64,000 nucleotides of DNA from Clostridium sp. CAG:568 (GTDB lineage: Bacteria; Bacillota_I; Bacilli_A; RFN20; CAG-288). The stretch lies in assembly GCA_000434395.1 (NCBI GenBank), contig FR878803.1:13172-77171 (forward strand). Direction: 5' to 3'. How positions within the stretch are numbered: the stretch's first letter is position 1; the number at the start of each line of letters is the position of its first letter. The notes under the pieces were generated by a model that did not search any database, was not told the DNA's origin, and saw nothing but the letters and a program-made list of their open reading frames with translations. Shown piece after piece: positions 10,057 through 19,966 of the stretch. Made by a program: the position numbers and the translations under genes.

Positions 10057-11529
10057 CTATTTTATCCTCAAGACATATTCCGGAATTTGATAATGTCCGT
10101 TCATCGTCTTATCATCTATTTTCTCCATAGTGAAGAATGTCGTATTGAATTCAGCTCTTACCAAAGCGAGAATCAATAGAATTAAATCATTATCTTCAAC
10201 TAATGAAATCTCACTAGTTTTTATTTCTTTTCTCGAACCGAATGCCCTTCTCATAAACGACTCTACAGCTGCTTCAGAGAATTGACTTACTTCATTGTTC
10301 AAGAAATCATTCATCAAATCGTCGCTTTCATCAGAAATATCAGGAGAAAGTTCCATGGGATCCGGCTCTTCTCTTTGTGTTCTCTTGAAAGGCATGAACA
10401 AAGATCTATCATCAAATATGGAAGCTCTATGATAATCTACAGTATCGACCATCTTAAATAACAATGGGGAATTTTCCTCATTGATGTTAGGATTCTTCTG
10501 CAATTCGCTAGCCATAGAAGAAATTATCTTTTCTAACTTTCCTTTGATAGACTTATCGCTACCCGATAGGTAATTAACCTTCTTTTGAACAGCCTCAGTG
10601 TAATCGGCATTGGCCTTGTCGATTTCATCAAAAGATTTATTCAATCTATTGAATACATCGATTACTTTATTCAAATAAGAAATGACTAAATCTGTAGCTT
10701 TAGAAACTGAAAGAGAAGAAAAAGTAGAATCCATTCTAGCTTGAGAAGCTAGTTTTGCAACGATTCTCCCATCCCTAAGCCACTTATTCAATATTTCGAC
10801 AGTAGGTCTAGAATAAAGACCTAAAGAATCATAAGTCTTCATAGGATGGTAAATAGAATCTCCTACTTCAAATTTATAATCATCAAAATGCTGTTTCAAT
10901 ACTTCGTTAGGATTGAATACATTAGTCAACTTATGATTAAAAACGATGATCGAGTGATGCAAAAGTGTAACTGATAATTCCAATTCATCAGTATTCTTTA
11001 CTGCATTAGCCAAGGATCTAAACATATAGTCATCTTCTTTTTCATCTTCAAGTTTCAATTCAGAATACGTTTGATGAACCAAAGGCATATAAGATGAAAC
11101 ATCGCTAGTCAATTCATCCAACAATTCGAGCATCTTGATAGAGTAGGACGGAAGATAGATATAATCGACACCAGTCTTATAATCCTTGTCTATTTGAAAC
11201 CAACCACAACGAGATAATTTTCTAACTACGTAAGAGAATTTATCGGCAGATAAAGTGTCTTTAACATCGACTTCTTCTTCGACTTCTCTATCATCGTCCT
11301 TATCAGTATCGATAGAAAACAAAGACATGATATCTTGTCCATTTTCTCTCAACGCATCCATATAAGAACTACGAGTGATGGAAGAACGATAAATCTTTAA
11401 GCAATGATACAAGGTGACTAAAGCATAAGCATAAACTGCTTTATACTTTCGGGATAAAGGTGCAAAAAATCCATCCGGAAGACGGTCGAAAAGACGTGCA
11501 TTGTTATTTTCGGTCATTAATTTATCCAA
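10057..11529 (-). CDS. MukF/MksF/JetA-like kleisin subunit
   Basis: 490 aa, first gene of the three-gene set. Acidic linker segments (DKDDDREVEEEVD, PDISDESDD) between predicted helical domains, as in MukF-like kleisins. The annotated start is a TTG 7-8 nt after a GGGGGA RBS; an internal ATG lies 4 codons downstream. Confidence 0.5.
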   Translation of the reverse strand: MDKLMTENNNARLFDRLPDGFFAPLSRKYKAVYAYALVTLYHCLKIYRSSITRSSYMDALRENGQDIMSLFSIDTDKDDDREVEEEVDVKDTLSADKFSYVVRKLSRCGWFQIDKDYKTGVDYIYLPSYSIKMLELLDELTSDVSSYMPLVHQTYSELKLEDEKEDDYMFRSLANAVKNTDELELSVTLLHHSIIVFNHKLTNVFNPNEVLKQHFDDYKFEVGDSIYHPMKTYDSLGLYSRPTVEILNKWLRDGRIVAKLASQARMDSTFSSLSVSKATDLVISYLNKVIDVFNRLNKSFDEIDKANADYTEAVQKKVNYLSGSDKSIKGKLEKIISSMASELQKNPNINEENSPLLFKMVDTVDYHRASIFDDRSLFMPFKRTQREEPDPMELSPDISDESDDLMNDFLNNEVSQFSEAAVESFMRRAFGSRKEIKTSEISLVEDNDLILLILALVRAEFNTTFFTMEKIDDKTMNGHYQIPEYVLRIK

Positions 11530-11717
11530 ACTAGTATCCCCCTTTGTAAATTAAATGAAATCTACGACAAAAAACAAGTCATAGTTTCGGGATATTCCAT
11601 ACTTTATTATTATACTTTCTTATAGACCAAAATAATAAAGAAAAACAAGAGGTTTCTATACAAAGAGAAATATAAATCTCTTTATAGTTTCAACTATTCA
11701 AAACAAAGCATTCTACT

Positions 11718-14684
11718 TTATTCTTTTTTGACTTTGTTTTTTCTTCTTCTAGCCAAATACTTGATCAATTCCCATATTCCTACGCAGATCAAAAATATTG
11801 CAATAGTAGTCATATATCCACCAAAATCAATTCCAACATCTCTCCATTGAGCTGATCTATTTGGCGTATAAAATTGAGTCAATTCACTAAAACCCGCAAC
11901 ACAGAATCCAAGAACAGAAGATATTCCTAAGCCGATGAGCATCGTCTTAATCTTATTAGTGGCAAGGAATATAAATACGACTGAGAGGAAGGCAAAAACT
12001 GCAAACAACAAATAATGACCGACCAGTTTTCTTAGCTTCTTAGCCAAGGAAGAGAACATCACACTTATATCTCTATCGATAGTCAAATCGATATAAACTG
12101 AATATTTCACCAAAGTATCGTCACTTCCCAAAGTGACTTTGAGTGTTGTTTTTCCAATATCCAACAAAGAAATGTTTCCAAATTTATCAACACTGACAAT
12201 ATTATTTGTCTTATTTCCACTTGAATCCATACATTCAAAGCTCAAGTTTTTACATGACACTTTTTCTTTGGTAGTTATCCCTATCTTATAGTTCTTTCCA
12301 TAGAACAATTTAGCTTCATATCTCTTTCCATCATCGATAGAATTGAATGTTTCAGCCTTAAATACTTTACTATTTATAGTAAAAGGTGAGACAGTATCGA
12401 CTACTTGAATTTGTTTAGTCTTTTTCAAAGAAGGATTCGATATAGGCGTTACTGTAATTGTAGATTTACCGATTTTCTTTGCTTTTCCAACCCCATTTTG
12501 ACTGATAGAAATAACTGAGGAATCAGATGAAGTAAAGCTCACATCTTTGATTGATGCATTATTATTCATACTGACATCGATATCAAATTCACTTCCCAAA
12601 GCAATCTTTGAAAAATCATCCAACCCCTTGTTATCGCCAGGATAATAACCAGCATTATATACGACATCAAAACTATCAATATCGATGAAATTTACATCGA
12701 TTGTAAAATCAAAGCTTAATAAATCGTTTTGACGAGAGGTTATTTTAAATGAAGTACTTCCTTTCTTATTTGCGAAAAATATTAATTTGTCATCGTTGCA
12801 TACAACATTGTCGTTATTTGATGAAATAGAATAGGTTCCGTCATCAAATAAAACCTCATCATTTTTAGTTCCATCTTTGAATTGCCGATTAAAAGCAAAT
12901 TCGACATTCAAAGCTTTATAATCGTGATAATCTACACTGATAGTCGAATGGTTAGATAGAAGATTGTGACCTTCATCATAAACTCTCATAGTATTAGGCT
13001 TGTCGACTATACTAAAAATCAAATCCTCAGATATAGAATTATCGAGTTTAGAAACAAATCTAAACTTAACGTTTCCAGTTTGATTATTGGTAGTGATGGA
13101 GTATTGATTGTTTGATTCGACCAATTTGACTAAATTTTCCCCTTCTCTAATTGAAACAATCCATCCAGAGTATTTAAAACTAACAGGTTCAATTGAAATA
13201 TTAGAAAAGACATTGTCATAAATTTGATTTACTAGCAATTCATTTTTATCTGATTCGTTGGAAGAAAAATAATTGCCCAAAGAAATTCCACTGACAGAAC
13301 CAGTTTGAAAGTCATTTTGATACTGATAAGTGAAAACTATAGCATTGGAAGTATCATCTTTATCGACATAAAACTTGATCTGACCACTGACATCAGAATC
13401 AGTATTAGCTTTAAAGGTAAAAGACTTATAAGAATGACTTAAACAAGTTAATCTTGTCGAATCATATTCAATTTTGTAATTATTCAGTAAATATGCTTTG
13501 GAATTTATGTTTTTATATGGGATGGAAATAGAAAAAGAGTCTATGGTAACTTTGCTGGAATAATGAGAATTGGTGTGAATCGATGGGGTATAAGATCTCT
13601 TCAATTTCGATGTGTCTATTTGATCAGAAGTCAATTTTGATTTTTCTTTGACATAGACATCAAAAGAATTAGTTTCAATCTTTGATTTATCTTTCTTCAA
13701 ATAAGACAGTTTCAAATCCTTAAACGAATTAGATTTATTCTCATCTTTAGATATGATTTTGATTTGATTACTTTTAATCGATTTAAAAAATATTCCATCC
13801 ACTGATGGAAAATGAATTTTGGTCGAATCAAAAGTAGCGTTCGCAGGTGAATATTCAATGCTGACCGATATAGAGTCACCCATACTATATAATTCATATT
13901 TTGAATTTACCGAAATAGATTCAACTTCAACCGTTTGAACAATTTTATCTTTAACATTAAAAGTTGTTGAATCTTCAAATTTGTTTATTTTAGCATAAAT
14001 TATAGCTGTTCCGGATTTCTTAAATTCGACTCTTCCATCAGAGTCAACACTACAAATAGTATCATCGCTAGAGCTAAAGGCAACTGTCGTGTAAGTGACA
14101 TTACTAGGCTCAATATGAGTTTTTAATGTATATGATTGTCCTACATAGAAAGTTTCTTTGCTAGATGGTTTATTAGTAATCACAATCGATGTTGCTAAAA
14201 CCGGATCAACAGCAATAGAGAATTTCTTTATTAGATTTGAATTTTTACTAGCTGTGAAAGTCAATTCTAAAGATGGGCTTTCCTTAATGAATGTAATTGA
14301 ATTATCAGCACCAATTGTAGCAAAGGAACTATCACAGTCAATATTGATTCCTTTAAAAGAAGTATCTTGAGGAATATAAGTAAAATTATAATAAATAGTA
14401 TCTCCGACATAAAAAGTTGAATTAGACAAATCTAAAATAATAGACTCATTTTTATCCTTATAAAAAGAAACACCGAAATCTTTTATCTCTTTTATTCTTT
14501 GACTATCATAATTGTCATTGATTTCATCCTCAAACAATCCGGTGAAATCATTACTTTGTTTAGCACTTTTACTCCCAGGCATCGCACTTTCTACAAATAT
14601 CAAAACAGCGCAAACAATGTATAAAAGTAAAAATAAATACTGAACAATGTTTTTGAAAACATTGTGTTTTTTCGCTGTTGTCAT
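11718..14684 (-). CDS. large surface protein: N-terminal signal anchor, multiple Big_2-type Ig-like domains, C-terminal VanZ-like polytopic membrane domain
   Basis: N-terminal TM segment YLFLLLYIVCAVLIFV. Big_2-like segments, e.g. VTYTTVAFSSSDDTICSVDSDGRVEFKKSGTAIIYAKIN and DVSFTSSDSSVISISQNGVGKAKKIGKSTITVTP. C-terminal 4-TM region containing GFSELTQFYTPNRSAQWRDVGIDFGG, which matches the VanZ-family DE.HQ.F.PGR....DV.ID..G motif. Confidence 0.55.
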   Translation of the reverse strand: MTTAKKHNVFKNIVQYLFLLLYIVCAVLIFVESAMPGSKSAKQSNDFTGLFEDEINDNYDSQRIKEIKDFGVSFYKDKNESIILDLSNSTFYVGDTIYYNFTYIPQDTSFKGINIDCDSSFATIGADNSITFIKESPSLELTFTASKNSNLIKKFSIAVDPVLATSIVITNKPSSKETFYVGQSYTLKTHIEPSNVTYTTVAFSSSDDTICSVDSDGRVEFKKSGTAIIYAKINKFEDSTTFNVKDKIVQTVEVESISVNSKYELYSMGDSISVSIEYSPANATFDSTKIHFPSVDGIFFKSIKSNQIKIISKDENKSNSFKDLKLSYLKKDKSKIETNSFDVYVKEKSKLTSDQIDTSKLKRSYTPSIHTNSHYSSKVTIDSFSISIPYKNINSKAYLLNNYKIEYDSTRLTCLSHSYKSFTFKANTDSDVSGQIKFYVDKDDTSNAIVFTYQYQNDFQTGSVSGISLGNYFSSNESDKNELLVNQIYDNVFSNISIEPVSFKYSGWIVSIREGENLVKLVESNNQYSITTNNQTGNVKFRFVSKLDNSISEDLIFSIVDKPNTMRVYDEGHNLLSNHSTISVDYHDYKALNVEFAFNRQFKDGTKNDEVLFDDGTYSISSNNDNVVCNDDKLIFFANKKGSTSFKITSRQNDLLSFDFTIDVNFIDIDSFDVVYNAGYYPGDNKGLDDFSKIALGSEFDIDVSMNNNASIKDVSFTSSDSSVISISQNGVGKAKKIGKSTITVTPISNPSLKKTKQIQVVDTVSPFTINSKVFKAETFNSIDDGKRYEAKLFYGKNYKIGITTKEKVSCKNLSFECMDSSGNKTNNIVSVDKFGNISLLDIGKTTLKVTLGSDDTLVKYSVYIDLTIDRDISVMFSSLAKKLRKLVGHYLLFAVFAFLSVVFIFLATNKIKTMLIGLGISSVLGFCVAGFSELTQFYTPNRSAQWRDVGIDFGGYMTTIAIFLICVGIWELIKYLARRRKNKVKKE

Positions 14685-14709
14685 TAAGATTTATCCAATC
14701 GTAATATAA

Positions 14710-15891
14710 CTAATCAGACCATCTAGCAAACAAAGAAATCGTATGATTGACTATTGTTAAATCAGTGAATTGCCCTGAATTGACATCATCTCTAGATGTG
14801 TACCATCCTTTGAAAGTATGTCCGTTTTTCTTAATCACAGGAAATTCATCCAAATCGACGTAACTTCCCCCATTGACTTTAATAGGATAAATATTTGTCC
14901 CTAGGGCTTTTTCAGTACCATCAGAATCCTTGAAATAAAGAGTTTCACTACTATCAGTCAAAGCGTTGAAATAAACAAAATACTTTTGACTTTCATTTGA
15001 AGAGGAACCTTTGATGGAGAATATCTCAGACCACGCTCCATTCTCTTTCGTATAAACCCCACCAGTGCTGATGTTCAAATAGAAATCACCATCATTACCA
15101 AAGCTTCCTGCAGGTATATCGCTTCCGTATCTCCAAGTAGAACCATCTTTTCCATCTTTAGTCTTTTGAATAAAGAAATAACTCCAAGCACCACTCTCAT
15201 AATTGACTTTAAAAATCCAATCATTCTTATGAGAATTGTTGATCATTTCCAATTCTTCATTATCAGCATTATCGACTGTTACCATATCGATACTAGAAAT
15301 TGAATCACCTTGTTCACCTTTTTTTATAGTAACAACTTTACTGGTATCATTTGTCAATTTAATTGTCACTACAGTGTCGCCAGAATCATCGATATTAGTT
15401 TCAATATCGGCGATTCCAACACCATCAATTCCGTCTTTTCCACCAGGAATTGTAAATTTGTCTGAACTATTATCAGTATAAGTAATAGTTACATTCAAAT
15501 CATTGCTGCCTTCAACTTGATTTATGACTACATCGGATATTCCTTTTCCGTCTTTTGGACCGGGAATTGTCACTATAGTATCATCAATGCTTGAATCAGT
15601 ATAATGAATTGTCAATGTGGTGGATTTATCCTCATTTTCAACTGCATCAACTGAGGCGATTCCAACACCTTCCTTTCCCGAGATTCCAGCTGGGATAGTA
15701 AACTTGGTCGGAGTAGCTTCTTCATCAGTATAAGTGATTGTAACGATGACATTTCCGTTCTCATCACTATCATGAGTGACAGACTTGATCTGCAAAGCTT
15801 GATCAGTATTGAAAAAAGAACACGAAGCTAACGGCATCAATCCAATAGACATAGAAGCACATAACACAGCGATTAATCTTTTCATTTTCAT
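14710..15891 (-). CDS. lipoprotein with three ~35-aa internal repeats and a C-terminal Listeria/Bacteroides (Flg_new) repeat domain
   Basis: Signal peptide plus lipobox MPLASC. Repeats TIPAGISGKEGVGIASVDAVE / TIPGPKDGKGISDVVINQVE / TIPGGKDGIDGVGIADIE. C-terminus NGHTFKGWYTSRDD...LFARW fits the Flg_new repeat. Confidence 0.55.
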   Translation of the reverse strand: MKMKRLIAVLCASMSIGLMPLASCSFFNTDQALQIKSVTHDSDENGNVIVTITYTDEEATPTKFTIPAGISGKEGVGIASVDAVENEDKSTTLTIHYTDSSIDDTIVTIPGPKDGKGISDVVINQVEGSNDLNVTITYTDNSSDKFTIPGGKDGIDGVGIADIETNIDDSGDTVVTIKLTNDTSKVVTIKKGEQGDSISSIDMVTVDNADNEELEMINNSHKNDWIFKVNYESGAWSYFFIQKTKDGKDGSTWRYGSDIPAGSFGNDGDFYLNISTGGVYTKENGAWSEIFSIKGSSSNESQKYFVYFNALTDSSETLYFKDSDGTEKALGTNIYPIKVNGGSYVDLDEFPVIKKNGHTFKGWYTSRDDVNSGQFTDLTIVNHTISLFARWSD

Positions 15892-18365
15892 ATACCTTTA
15901 CCTCCCCTGAGGTCGTCCGATGGACTTTGATCAAATAGATACGGCTTTTCTCCTTCATTCAAATTCAACTTACCATTCGAATAGAAGTAGAACGGATGTG
16001 AGCCTGTGACACAAAGAACAGCTCTAGCTAACGCTGCGGCTATAGAATTAGTATATCCGCCACTGAAATAAGACTTTAACATATCTAGTGTCTCCTTCTT
16101 AGAAAAGATCATATTCGAATCAGAAGATTCAATCTCAACATCCGAACTATTCAATCCTCCACCATAGAAGACGACAGCAGTATTCAAATAGTTCTTATCA
16201 TTTATTTTATACAAATATCCGTTGGATTCAGCTAATTTTTTTAATACATCCTTAACTTTGAAGAAATCATCTATGGACATTCCTTCATAGTCCTTTCCAA
16301 GACTTGCTAACAACAACGATAGTTGCTCATAAATCAATGCTGAAGTCATAATATCATCTATGTCCTTCCAATCATAGAACAAGCTATTTCCAGTAATATT
16401 TAATTTGATGGGATAGCTAGTTCCACCGATTTGATCATATTTACAAGTCATTCCCATGCTTCCTAATAGTCCAATGATAGAAGTAGGAGAGCCGTTATAC
16501 ATCATAGGTCCATTGAAGGATGTCTCGACACCTATTGAGAATACACCTGAATTTGCAAATGATGTATCCTTGACATTTATTACAGCATCGTATTTCTTAG
16601 AGCCGTTAGAATCGATTATATTCTCATCATTATCTAATCCATTTTGGATACTTTCAAATGTCTTTCCTGATGATTGAGAAGACTGACTCAATCCATCCAT
16701 CAAAATCGATTGAACCATATTATCCATATTGAATCCATCATTGGCATCACCTTGGCTGTCATAATAACTAGTGAATTGACTAGTCTTTATACTTCCATCT
16801 GACATCACAATAGAAGCTTCTTTGCTTTTATCTACTTTATTTTCTAAATTACTTCCCACCAATAGCAAGAATTCACCCGAGTCTTTCAAAATAGAATTAT
16901 CTATTGTCAATCCATCAGTGGAAAATGCACGTATTATATTCTTACCATTGGACAAAACACTATTTTGAACAGTGTCATTTTTTCCGCTCACCTCTAGTAC
17001 TGTACCAGTATAAAAGTAATTGTACATTTCATTTTGTGCATCTGAATTTTGGATTCTTATATTATCTAAAGTGATATTGTCTCCATCCAACAATAATCCG
17101 ACATTGTCTTGAGCATAAGCTTCAACAAAAGGATTTGTCGATATATCACCTATTCCTATATAAGGAAGAGGTCCATGGAAATAATCCTTATTAGCATCAG
17201 GAACAATAATTCCATTTCTATTCTTATCAGGAAGTCCATTTCTAGGGAAAGCTAGATTATTCAAATTGATGGTAAATCCATTCCCATAAAAATCTTTTTG
17301 CGCTCTTATTCCAGCAATTAATTTCTTTGAAATAGGTTCAATCAAAGCATCTTTATTAGTCTCATTAAATTCATCGATATAAGTTGTGTGATATGTGGAT
17401 TCAAATTCATAGTATTCATTCGAGAAAGAAAATGAATCAGTGTCAAAGCTATAATTTCCAAATAGTTTGTCAGTCTTAGCATCTGATTTAAGTTCGTTTT
17501 TATATAAAATCCTTTTTTCATTGCTAGGGTCCACTCCACTAGCAACATATACATCTGCTAAAGATCCTAGCGATGTCTGCATAACAGCTGGATGACCAGT
17601 CGAAGATTTGTTGGTGCACATCAACAAATCGTTATAGTTATAAACATTGACACCGTCTTTGACTATATTGAATCTATAAGTATTTGAAACATTATCATCT
17701 AAAGAACTGACAAATGTTATGAACGCATCTCCATGCCCATTAAAGGAAATCTCCTTAGAGCCATCATCGAAAGATATATTGTCCGATTTCGATAAAACCC
17801 TATAGGAACTATGTTCGTCAGTATCTATGACGCATTGAATATCGAGCTTAATCTTTGAAGCGACTGTATGTAATCCATCATATTCCAATGAAGAATAAGA
17901 GGGATCGTATTGACCAAAATCCAAGTATGATTTAGAACTTTGTCCACTTACATTTCCTTTATAATTGACGATGATCACACCTTTATCATAACAATATGCG
18001 TGGAAAGTTTTAGAAACAGTCTTCTTCTCATTAGAACAAGTCACATCTATCTCGCCCTCATTATTGACTTTAAGATTGAAATTATCATCATTTTGCACAA
18101 TCTCTGCCACATCATCCGAGGATGAATTAGATAAAGACCAAATTAAATCATTACCATCAGCTAAAATATTATTAGGATTGCTGACAGGAGTAGCTTCTAA
18201 CTTATATGTGTTATTGGTCTTAAACCCCTCATTTTGCCTATAATTCCAAGATATATCTGAAATATCTACTGCAACAGCACGAGTCAAAATTGTCACTGTC
18301 ACAAAAGAGAGAATACCCAAGAGGAATGGAATGATAAGAAGGATGACTAAAGTTTTTCTTTTCAT
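15888..18365 (-). CDS. secreted or surface protein with a probable right-handed parallel beta-helix region
   Basis: N-terminal signal anchor KTLVILLIIPFLLGILSFVTVTIL. The central region has PbH1-like repeats (NSVLSNGKNIIRAFSTDGLTIDNSILKDSGEFLLLVGSN). 4-nt overlaps with both neighbouring genes. Confidence 0.4.
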   Translation of the reverse strand: MKRKTLVILLIIPFLLGILSFVTVTILTRAVAVDISDISWNYRQNEGFKTNNTYKLEATPVSNPNNILADGNDLIWSLSNSSSDDVAEIVQNDDNFNLKVNNEGEIDVTCSNEKKTVSKTFHAYCYDKGVIIVNYKGNVSGQSSKSYLDFGQYDPSYSSLEYDGLHTVASKIKLDIQCVIDTDEHSSYRVLSKSDNISFDDGSKEISFNGHGDAFITFVSSLDDNVSNTYRFNIVKDGVNVYNYNDLLMCTNKSSTGHPAVMQTSLGSLADVYVASGVDPSNEKRILYKNELKSDAKTDKLFGNYSFDTDSFSFSNEYYEFESTYHTTYIDEFNETNKDALIEPISKKLIAGIRAQKDFYGNGFTINLNNLAFPRNGLPDKNRNGIIVPDANKDYFHGPLPYIGIGDISTNPFVEAYAQDNVGLLLDGDNITLDNIRIQNSDAQNEMYNYFYTGTVLEVSGKNDTVQNSVLSNGKNIIRAFSTDGLTIDNSILKDSGEFLLLVGSNLENKVDKSKEASIVMSDGSIKTSQFTSYYDSQGDANDGFNMDNMVQSILMDGLSQSSQSSGKTFESIQNGLDNDENIIDSNGSKKYDAVINVKDTSFANSGVFSIGVETSFNGPMMYNGSPTSIIGLLGSMGMTCKYDQIGGTSYPIKLNITGNSLFYDWKDIDDIMTSALIYEQLSLLLASLGKDYEGMSIDDFFKVKDVLKKLAESNGYLYKINDKNYLNTAVVFYGGGLNSSDVEIESSDSNMIFSKKETLDMLKSYFSGGYTNSIAAALARAVLCVTGSHPFYFYSNGKLNLNEGEKPYLFDQSPSDDLRGGKGI

Positions 18366-19966
18366 ATGTTTCTAACCTCCATCTTTTTAAAATAGGTAGA
18401 ACTTTTCTTTAAGAAGAAAACCATGACAAGAATAGATAAAATAAAAGTCAAACCTAAATCAAAATACAATATTCCAACTCCTTTCATAATCGTGAAATCA
18501 AATCCGATATCAACCAACACCAACAACATCGGATAAACTATTACACTATATGAAAACAAAGTAGAGAATTTCTTCTTCACCGCACCTAAATCATGCATAT
18601 CCATGATGACACCGCCAAAATTCATTATAACTAATAGCAACAATCCTATAAACAAGAAGAAAAAGAATGACGATAAGGTTATGTTATCGGTCAAATAACA
18701 AGCCAGGACAGTTATAAAATATGAAATAGAAGTCAAAGATAAAGGAATTAATACTTTAGTCAGTGTGATCAATTTATCATTGATTGGCAACAACTTCACA
18801 TTCATCAAATTCTGACCTTCCACAGAAAAAGAAGACGATCCACTTGAATGAATGACTAAAACAAACTCTAAGAGCAATAACATTTGTATCAAAGTCATCA
18901 TGTCTGGAACGAACATCAATAAGACTCTAAGATTCTTTTGGAGAATTGTATTTATAGAAGATAAGACAGCAAAGGATAAGAAAGGCAGCATTATCAACAA
19001 AGCAGTATAAGAAAATGTGTTTCCACTATTTCTAAAGATAAGCATCAATTCTTTCTTAATAAGACCTTTCTTCATATCGCCTATAGACTTGTATTTTCCA
19101 CCGGTTTTATTCTTATTGTGATCATCTCTTTGATTTATAATCGTATAAAAAGTAACAGACAAGAAATATCCGATTACCAAAAACAAGAGAAGAAGACCTA
19201 AAGAGATCAATACACAAGAAAGAATATTTTTAAATTTTATAACGGGAGAAAGAATAGAATAAACAGGAAGAAGGAAAGGGCACATACCATCTATGGCTTT
19301 AATGAACATAGAGGAGAATATATCCTTAAAAGAATAGTTATCTAACACTTTGAGAAAGAGGTTTAAACAAACTTGATATAAATAACAAAGACCTACGACT
19401 ATCAAACTAGCACAAATAAACTGGAGCCATTCTTTATTTTGAAGAAACTTATATATAACTTGTACCAGTACGACTAAAGTAAATATCACACCGATTGAAA
19501 ATAAGGAAATAATGAATGGATATAAAATACAAAAGACGTAATAATAAGGGATAAATTGCCTAAGAGCTCCATAAGTGACAAGGATAGGAAAAGACATTAT
19601 AAAAGACTCTATCACTTGATATAAATAGACATAAATCATCTTAGCTATGATTTTACTATCAGTACTTATGCATAAAGGAGCAAGAATCATAGAATCTTTC
19701 TTGTCGAACATTACTTTTCTAGCTCTGACTAATCCTTCTATTATTCCTAAAATAAACGTAATAAAAATAGAAAAGACTAAGAAATCAAAACTAGAGTCAG
19801 CGGAATAAGCGCTAATCTTTGTATCTAATGAGTAAGTTAAATAAGAAATTAGAGCAATCAAAAGACAAGCTGCTATAGTTTTTAACAATATAGCTATCAA
19901 AGTGGATTTATTGCCACTTCTAGCCTTAGCCAATTTAAATTCCTTATTGACTAACTCAATAATCAT
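18362..19966 (-). CDS. ABC-2 type transporter permease (polytopic membrane protein)
   Basis: 534 aa and almost entirely hydrophobic, with more than 10 predicted TM helices. Overlaps the upstream ABC ATPase stop by 4 nt. Confidence 0.55.
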   Translation of the reverse strand: MIIELVNKEFKLAKARSGNKSTLIAILLKTIAACLLIALISYLTYSLDTKISAYSADSSFDFLVFSIFITFILGIIEGLVRARKVMFDKKDSMILAPLCISTDSKIIAKMIYVYLYQVIESFIMSFPILVTYGALRQFIPYYYVFCILYPFIISLFSIGVIFTLVVLVQVIYKFLQNKEWLQFICASLIVVGLCYLYQVCLNLFLKVLDNYSFKDIFSSMFIKAIDGMCPFLLPVYSILSPVIKFKNILSCVLISLGLLLLFLVIGYFLSVTFYTIINQRDDHNKNKTGGKYKSIGDMKKGLIKKELMLIFRNSGNTFSYTALLIMLPFLSFAVLSSINTILQKNLRVLLMFVPDMMTLIQMLLLLEFVLVIHSSGSSSFSVEGQNLMNVKLLPINDKLITLTKVLIPLSLTSISYFITVLACYLTDNITLSSFFFFLFIGLLLLVIMNFGGVIMDMHDLGAVKKKFSTLFSYSVIVYPMLLVLVDIGFDFTIMKGVGILYFDLGLTFILSILVMVFFLKKSSTYFKKMEVRNI

